Source: Alistipes sp. (GTDB taxonomy: Bacteria; Bacteroidota; Bacteroidia; Bacteroidales; Rikenellaceae). From it: a stretch of DNA of 64,000 nt. The notes under the pieces are model-generated. The model made no database searches. It saw only the letters and a program-made list of their open reading frames with translations, and was not told the DNA's origin. Positions 58,885-64,000 of this stretch are shown here, piece by piece; the first letter of the stretch is position 1, and each line of letters opens with the position of its first letter. The stretch spans positions 1,643 through 65,642 of the forward strand of contig JAFSBY010000042.1 in the NCBI GenBank assembly GCA_017437045.1, written 5' to 3'. A program made the translations under genes and the position numbers.

Positions 58885-60954
58885 CTACTCCTTTTCGGCT
58901 TTTGCCTTCAGCGAATGCCATGCAAAGTAGGCAATGATGACGAGGTACATCACCAGCGCAGTCCACTCGGCACCCTTCGAGGGGGTCCATTCGCCCAAGA
59001 ATTGTTGGGCACTCAATACCCAATGGGCGATTCCGTTATCCGAACTTTGAGCCCAAGCAGCCAGGCCGCCCTGCACGTCGGCAAATTTCAGAACGGCACT
59101 GATGACACCCATCAAAGCACCACCGGCAATGAATCCCGAAGCAATGAGTGTACCACGGTCGAAGCGAGCCTTGTTCGTAGCCTCATCCTTCGAGCGGGTC
59201 GAGACAAACCAAGCGACCAAACCACCCACTACGAGCGGGGCGTTGAGGTGCATCGGGATGAACATACCGAGCGCAAAGGCCAGAGCCGGCACACGAATCG
59301 AGGTGAGCACCAACGCCAGCGCGGCACCGCAGAAATAGAGCATCCAGGGGGTCTTGCCACCCGTCATGAGCGGTTCGATGACGGCTGCCATGGCATTGGC
59401 CTGCGGAGCTACGAGGGCATCTTTGCCCGTAAAGCCATAGGCCTCGTTCAGCACGATCATCACACCGGCTACGGTAGCGGCCGAGACGAGCGTGCCGAGG
59501 AACTTCCACGACTCCTGCTTCTTGGGCGTCGTGCCGAGCCAATAGCCGATCTTCAGGTCGGTGATGAAACCACCGGCCATCGAAAGAGCCGTGCAGACCA
59601 CACCGCCGATGACCAGGGCTGCCGTCATACCCGTCGTACCCTCCAGACCGACGCTTACCAGCACGATCGACGAGAGAATCAGCGTCATGAGCGTCATGCC
59701 CGAGACGGGGTTCGTACCCACGATGGCAATGGCATTGGCCGCTACGGTCGTGAAGAGGAAGGCGATCACGAAGACGATCAAAATGGCCACGATCGACTGC
59801 GTCCAGTTGTCGAGCAGACCGAAGTGGAAGAAGACGAAGACGCTGATCAGCGTAGCGCAGAGCACCGAAAGGATCAACTTCATCGGCAGGTCGCGCTGCG
59901 TGCGCTCGGTCGTTACGGTGGCGTCCTTCTTGCCCGTTAATTCGCTGACAGCCAGTCCGACAGCCTGACGGATGATGCCTCCCTGACGGCAGATGCCGAT
60001 GATGCCGGCCATGGCGATACCGCCAATGCCGAGCGGCTTACCGATATAGGTAAAGAGGCTCTCGGCCGTGAAGATCTGCTCGGGATGTTGGGCGATCTCA
60101 TCGCTGGTGACACCCAGCAGTGAGGCCATGACGGCCGGATCAATCGCCTCGGCCAGCGAACCGACCAACGGCACGATGATGAACCACACCAGACACGAGC
60201 CGGCTGTGATGATGAGGGCATATTTCAGACCAATGATATAACCCAGACCCAATACGGCGGCCGAGGTGTTGATCGAAAAGACCACCTTGAATTTGTCGGC
60301 CACCATCGTGCCCCACTCGGTGACGCGCGTCGAGACGGTATCGACCCACAGGCCGAACGTGCCGACGATGAAGTCGTACAGACCACCGACCAGACCGGCC
60401 ACGGCCAACAACTTGGCCTGGTTACCGCCCTTCTCGCCCGAGATAAGCACCTCGGTCGTAGCCGTAGCCTCGGGGAAGGGGTATTTGCCGTGCATCTCCT
60501 TGACAAAATATTTGCGGAAGGGGATCAGCAGCAGAATGCCGAGCAGACCACCCAGCAGCGAGGAGAGGAAGACCTGCCAGAAGGCGGCCTCCAGCCCTAA
60601 GATGTAGAGGGCCGGCAGGGTGAAGATGGCACCGGCGACGATCACACCCGACGAGGCACCGATCGATTGGATGATGACATTCTGCCCCAGCATGTTCTTC
60701 TTACCCATGATCGAGCCGATACCTACGGCGATGATGGCGATGGGGATGGCGGCCTCGAAGACCTGACCCACCTTCAGTCCCAAATAGGCGGCAGCTGCCG
60801 AGAAGATGATGGCCAGCACCAGACCCATGATGACCGAATAGGGGGTCACCTCACGGGGCTTGGAGTTGGTGGGCATCACCGGTTCGTATTGCTCCCCGGC
60901 TTTGAGTTCGCGGTAGGCGTTTTCGGGAAGCGACGTGTTGTGTTGTTCTTGCAT
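58885..60954 (-). CDS. OPT family oligopeptide transporter
   Basis: YLGLKVG, IIQSIGAS, FPEATATTEV, TNPVSGMTL, DLKIGYWLG, APQANAMA. Confidence 0.94.
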   Translation of the reverse strand: MQEQHNTSLPENAYRELKAGEQYEPVMPTNSKPREVTPYSVIMGLVLAIIFSAAAAYLGLKVGQVFEAAIPIAIIAVGIGSIMGKKNMLGQNVIIQSIGASSGVIVAGAIFTLPALYILGLEAAFWQVFLSSLLGGLLGILLLIPFRKYFVKEMHGKYPFPEATATTEVLISGEKGGNQAKLLAVAGLVGGLYDFIVGTFGLWVDTVSTRVTEWGTMVADKFKVVFSINTSAAVLGLGYIIGLKYALIITAGSCLVWFIIVPLVGSLAEAIDPAVMASLLGVTSDEIAQHPEQIFTAESLFTYIGKPLGIGGIAMAGIIGICRQGGIIRQAVGLAVSELTGKKDATVTTERTQRDLPMKLILSVLCATLISVFVFFHFGLLDNWTQSIVAILIVFVIAFLFTTVAANAIAIVGTNPVSGMTLMTLILSSIVLVSVGLEGTTGMTAALVIGGVVCTALSMAGGFITDLKIGYWLGTTPKKQESWKFLGTLVSAATVAGVMIVLNEAYGFTGKDALVAPQANAMAAVIEPLMTGGKTPWMLYFCGAALALVLTSIRVPALAFALGMFIPMHLNAPLVVGGLVAWFVSTRSKDEATNKARFDRGTLIASGFIAGGALMGVISAVLKFADVQGGLAAWAQSSDNGIAHWVLSAQQFLGEWTPSKGAEWTALVMYLVIIAYFAWHSLKAKAEKE

Positions 60955-60989
60955 GATATGAAAAGTCGGTTAAGTGCGTGAAAAGATCA

Positions 60990-61316
60990 TTATCGGTTGT
61001 CGCCGCTGCCGGTCAGCTTCTGGCGATTCATGCGCGAGCGCAGCTTATCGACGTTGGTTTGAGCCACCTCGTCGAGCGAGAAGCCCAAATCGTGCGAAAG
61101 GGTGGCGCAGTACCACAGAACATCGCCGATCTCCTTCATGATCTCGGCTTTGATCTCGGGGGTGAACTCCTTGTGGGAGTCGCGGATCACCTTCTTGACC
61201 TTGTCGGCTACCTCGCCGGCTTCGCCCGTCAGACCGAGCGTGGGGTAGATGATGCGGCTGTCTTCGGGGTAGATGGCCGTCTCGAGTGCGTGTTGTTGGT
61301 ATTCGTTGAGTGTCAT
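60990..61316 (-). CDS. MazG-like nucleotide pyrophosphohydrolase
   Basis: LGLTGEAGEVADKVKK, EIGDVLWY, NVDKL. Confidence 0.92.
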   Translation of the reverse strand: MTLNEYQQHALETAIYPEDSRIIYPTLGLTGEAGEVADKVKKVIRDSHKEFTPEIKAEIMKEIGDVLWYCATLSHDLGFSLDEVAQTNVDKLRSRMNRQKLTGSGDNR

Positions 61317-61513
61317 AATTTGTATGTTTTTATAATTTCATTATAAAGTCGCCCAAAAGTAGCGAAAAAAAATCAAATAGGCAAAAGAAGCCCTCTTGCA
61401 TGGGCAATTTTTGCGCGTTGTGTGCCCTTGAAATGCGCATTTGAAGGTCGAAACTCCGCATCTTCGGGCTTGGTGCGTCTAAAATCTCCGCCGCTTGTGC
61501 AACGCCCAAACAA

Positions 61514-61550
61514 CAGGGACTGCCGCAACATGGTTGTTGGACAGTCCCTG
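61514..61550. repeat. Family F hairpin
   Basis: cagggactg(c)c..caac / gttg.gacagtccctg; resembles 54991-55035. Confidence 0.65.
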
Positions 61551-61563
61551 ATCCCTTTTTTTG

Positions 61564-62808
61564 TTAGAGGAGTTCGATTGTTCGTTCCAATCCGATCGAA
61601 TGCGACCCTTTGATCAGAATCAGTGCATCGCTCAAGGGGTGCGCACGCAAGGCTGCACACAGCTCCTCGCAGGTGGCGTAGTGGCGAATCTGATCGGAAG
61701 AGGTACCGATGTCCGATCGGGCGCGCCCAAACTCCTCGCCGACGAGGATCAGTTCGACCTGCGGATGGGGCAAGAGCTGTTCGATGATGCGGCGATGCTC
61801 CTCCTCGGCCCAACTGCCCAACTCGCGCATGTCGCCAAGAATCAACACCTTGCGTGATCTCGATCCGAGCGACTCTTGCAGTAGGTTGGCTACCGATAAT
61901 TGCATGCTCGAGGGGTTGGCGTTGTAGCAATCGACGATCAGCGTGTTGCGCTCGGTCTCGGTGCGCTGCGAACGGTTGTTCTCGGGGTGATAGCTGCCGA
62001 TAGCCTGCGCAATAGCCTCCTCCTCGACCCCGAAATGACGGCCGATTGCCACCGCGGCAGCTACATTGTAACGGTTGAAATCACCCTCTAAATGGTGCTC
62101 AATGCCTGTGGCCTGCTGCTCCGAGTAGCGGATCTGTTGCAGCGAGCCTCGTGCATCGGCCATCGATTGCAGTATCTCGTCCTCGGTACGCACGAAGGCC
62201 GTGCCGTTGTGTTGCGCCAGGTAATCAAAGAGTTCGCCTTTGCCACGACGCACCCCTTCGACGCCGCCAAATCCCTCCAGATGGGCGCGACCGACGTTGG
62301 TGAGCATACCGTAATTGGGGGCTGCAATGGCACACAGCAGGGCTATTTCGCCACAACTGCTGGCGCCCATCTCCACGATGCCGAACTCGATCGAGCGATC
62401 CATAGCCAGCAACGTGAGCGGCACACCGATGTGGTTGTTCAGATTGCCGCGCGTGGCATAGAGCGCGAATCGCTTGGCCAGGACACGGGCCGTCAGCTCT
62501 TTGGTCGTGGTCTTGCCATTCGATCCGGCGATGGCCAAGATCGGAATGCCGAGTGCGAGGCGGTGCTCGTGAGCCAACTGTTGCAGTGCCGTAAGTGTGT
62601 TATCGACAACGATATAGCGTTCGTCTGCGGCGACCTTCGGGTCATCGACTACGGCATATGCCGCCCCTCGCTCGAGGGCCTCGGCCGCAAACTGATTGCC
62701 GTCGAACGAGGCTCCGCGCAGGGCAAAAAAGAGCGATCCGGGCAGGATGCGACGCGTGTCGGTCGAGATGCTCGGATGCGCACAAAATAACTTATAGAGC
62801 GGGGTCAT
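61564..62808 (-). CDS. murF: UDP-N-acetylmuramoyl-tripeptide--D-Ala-D-Ala ligase
   Basis: STDTRRI, GSNGKTTTKE, NLNNHIGVPLTL, DCYNANPSSM, LGDMRELG, KGSH. Confidence 0.96.
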   Translation of the reverse strand: MTPLYKLFCAHPSISTDTRRILPGSLFFALRGASFDGNQFAAEALERGAAYAVVDDPKVAADERYIVVDNTLTALQQLAHEHRLALGIPILAIAGSNGKTTTKELTARVLAKRFALYATRGNLNNHIGVPLTLLAMDRSIEFGIVEMGASSCGEIALLCAIAAPNYGMLTNVGRAHLEGFGGVEGVRRGKGELFDYLAQHNGTAFVRTEDEILQSMADARGSLQQIRYSEQQATGIEHHLEGDFNRYNVAAAVAIGRHFGVEEEAIAQAIGSYHPENNRSQRTETERNTLIVDCYNANPSSMQLSVANLLQESLGSRSRKVLILGDMRELGSWAEEEHRRIIEQLLPHPQVELILVGEEFGRARSDIGTSSDQIRHYATCEELCAALRAHPLSDALILIKGSHSIGLERTIELL

Positions 62809-62816
62809 AGGCGGGG

Positions 62817-63890
62817 TTAGATAAACTTATCGCCGGTGTGGAATTTCACCTCGTCGATGAATTTTTTGATGCTTTGCTCCTCGCTGCGGGGGCAAATCAT
62901 CAAGACATCCTCCGTATCGACCACGATATACTCCTTCAGACCGCTGATGACGGCGATCTTCTCCTTGGGTAACGAGACGATCGAGCTGCGCGTGTCGTAG
63001 AGGAAGCAACCCTCCTGCGGGATGGCGTTCGCATAGCGATCCTTGCGCGAATGCTGATAGACCGAGCCCCAGGTGCCAACGTCGCTCCATCCGAAGTCGC
63101 CACAACGCACATAGACATTGTCGGCCTTCTCCATCACGCCATAGTCGATCGAGATGGCGCGGCACTCGGCAAAGACCTTCTCGACAGCCTCCTCTTCGGC
63201 CTCTGTGCCCAATGCCGGCATCAGGTTGCGGAAGAGGGCGTGGTGCTCGGGCAGGTAACGCTCAAAGGCATCGACAATCGAGCGAACCTTCCAGATGAAG
63301 ATGCCTGAATTCCAGACAAATTCGCCACATTGCAGGAAGGTCTGCGCCAACTCAAGGTTGGGCTTTTCGGTGAAACATTTCACCTTCGAGATAGGCTGAT
63401 TGTCCGAGACCTGGATGTAGCCATAACCCGTGTCGGGGCGTGTCGGGCGGATGCCGACGGTGAGCAGCGTGGGGTGCTGGGCGGCAAAGTCCATGCACTC
63501 GCCGATGACCGATCGGAACTCATCCTCGTTGAGAATCAGGTGGTCGGACGGAGTGACGATCATCTCGGCCTCGGGGTCGCTCTTCAGCAGCGAATAGGCT
63601 GCATAGGCGATGCACGGAGCGGTGTTACGACCGATCGGCTCGCACAAAATCTGCTCGGGCTTCAGCTCGGGCAGGTGCTCCAACACCAACGCTTTGTATT
63701 TGCGGTTGGTGACCACCAAGAAGTGGTCGGCCGGAATCATCTTCTCGAAACGCTCGAAGGTGTGTCGGATGAACGATTTGCCCGTCCCGAGGATGTCGAG
63801 AAACTGTTTGGGCATCGTTTGACGGCTCTTGGGCCAGAAGCGAGAGCCGATGCCACCGGCCATAATGATACAATATTTGTTGTTTTCCAT
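62817..63890 (-). CDS. manC: Mannose-1-phosphate guanylyltransferase
   Basis: IMAGGIGSRFWPKSR..PKQF, EPIGRNTAP, GYGYI, FTEKP, SIDYGVME, WSDVGTW. Confidence 0.93.
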   Translation of the reverse strand: MENNKYCIIMAGGIGSRFWPKSRQTMPKQFLDILGTGKSFIRHTFERFEKMIPADHFLVVTNRKYKALVLEHLPELKPEQILCEPIGRNTAPCIAYAAYSLLKSDPEAEMIVTPSDHLILNEDEFRSVIGECMDFAAQHPTLLTVGIRPTRPDTGYGYIQVSDNQPISKVKCFTEKPNLELAQTFLQCGEFVWNSGIFIWKVRSIVDAFERYLPEHHALFRNLMPALGTEAEEEAVEKVFAECRAISIDYGVMEKADNVYVRCGDFGWSDVGTWGSVYQHSRKDRYANAIPQEGCFLYDTRSSIVSLPKEKIAVISGLKEYIVVDTEDVLMICPRSEEQSIKKFIDEVKFHTGDKFI

Positions 63891-63974
63891 AGTTTACAGG
63901 GTGTTTCAGGTAACAAAGATAAAAATATTTTGTAACTTTGTCGCATGTAAGTGCCGTAAAAATTCACAGGAAGC

Positions 63975-64000
63975 ATGAAAATTAGACTTTTTACCCTACC
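63975..64000 (+). CDS. 5' end of a CDS (MKIRLFTL...), runs off window; possibly a CDP-alcohol phosphatidyltransferase
   Basis: ATG after a TAACTTTG -7 box; only 8 codons are visible, so the product is a guess. Confidence 0.3.

Overview
GC-rich Bacteroidetes chromosomal segment, most like Rikenellaceae/Alistipes (inferred from gene content, TAnnTTTG -7 promoter boxes and AT-rich translation starts). It is mostly housekeeping: cysS, trpS, oxyR, rsfS-ftsH-cdsA-psd, ahcY, lpxH-thyA-folA, purC, type III glnA, methylmalonyl-CoA mutase, rpsU, sdhCAB, uvrC, menA, nadE, pepT, murF, plus tRNA-Arg(ACG) and tRNA-fMet. One compact pectin-type SusC/SusD locus (27151-37559) includes a PL1 lyase fused to an apparently dead GH105-like domain. 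No transposase, integrase, CRISPR array or defence gene is visible. The unexplained structure lies in the intergenic DNA, where several dispersed repeat families recur: (A) palindromes with arms built from 5-, 7- or 9-nt tandem repeats, including a 442-bp nested inverted-repeat composite; (C) a CCTCCCTTTGATAAGGGAGG hairpin; (D) a 79-nt covarying 3'-UTR stem-loop; (F) GGxCTGTC/GACAGxCC hairpins. There are also two direct-repeat-plus-own-terminator duplications, one of which copies the last 14 codons and stop of sdhB with only synonymous changes. All counts and alignments were done by eye and no database searches were run.
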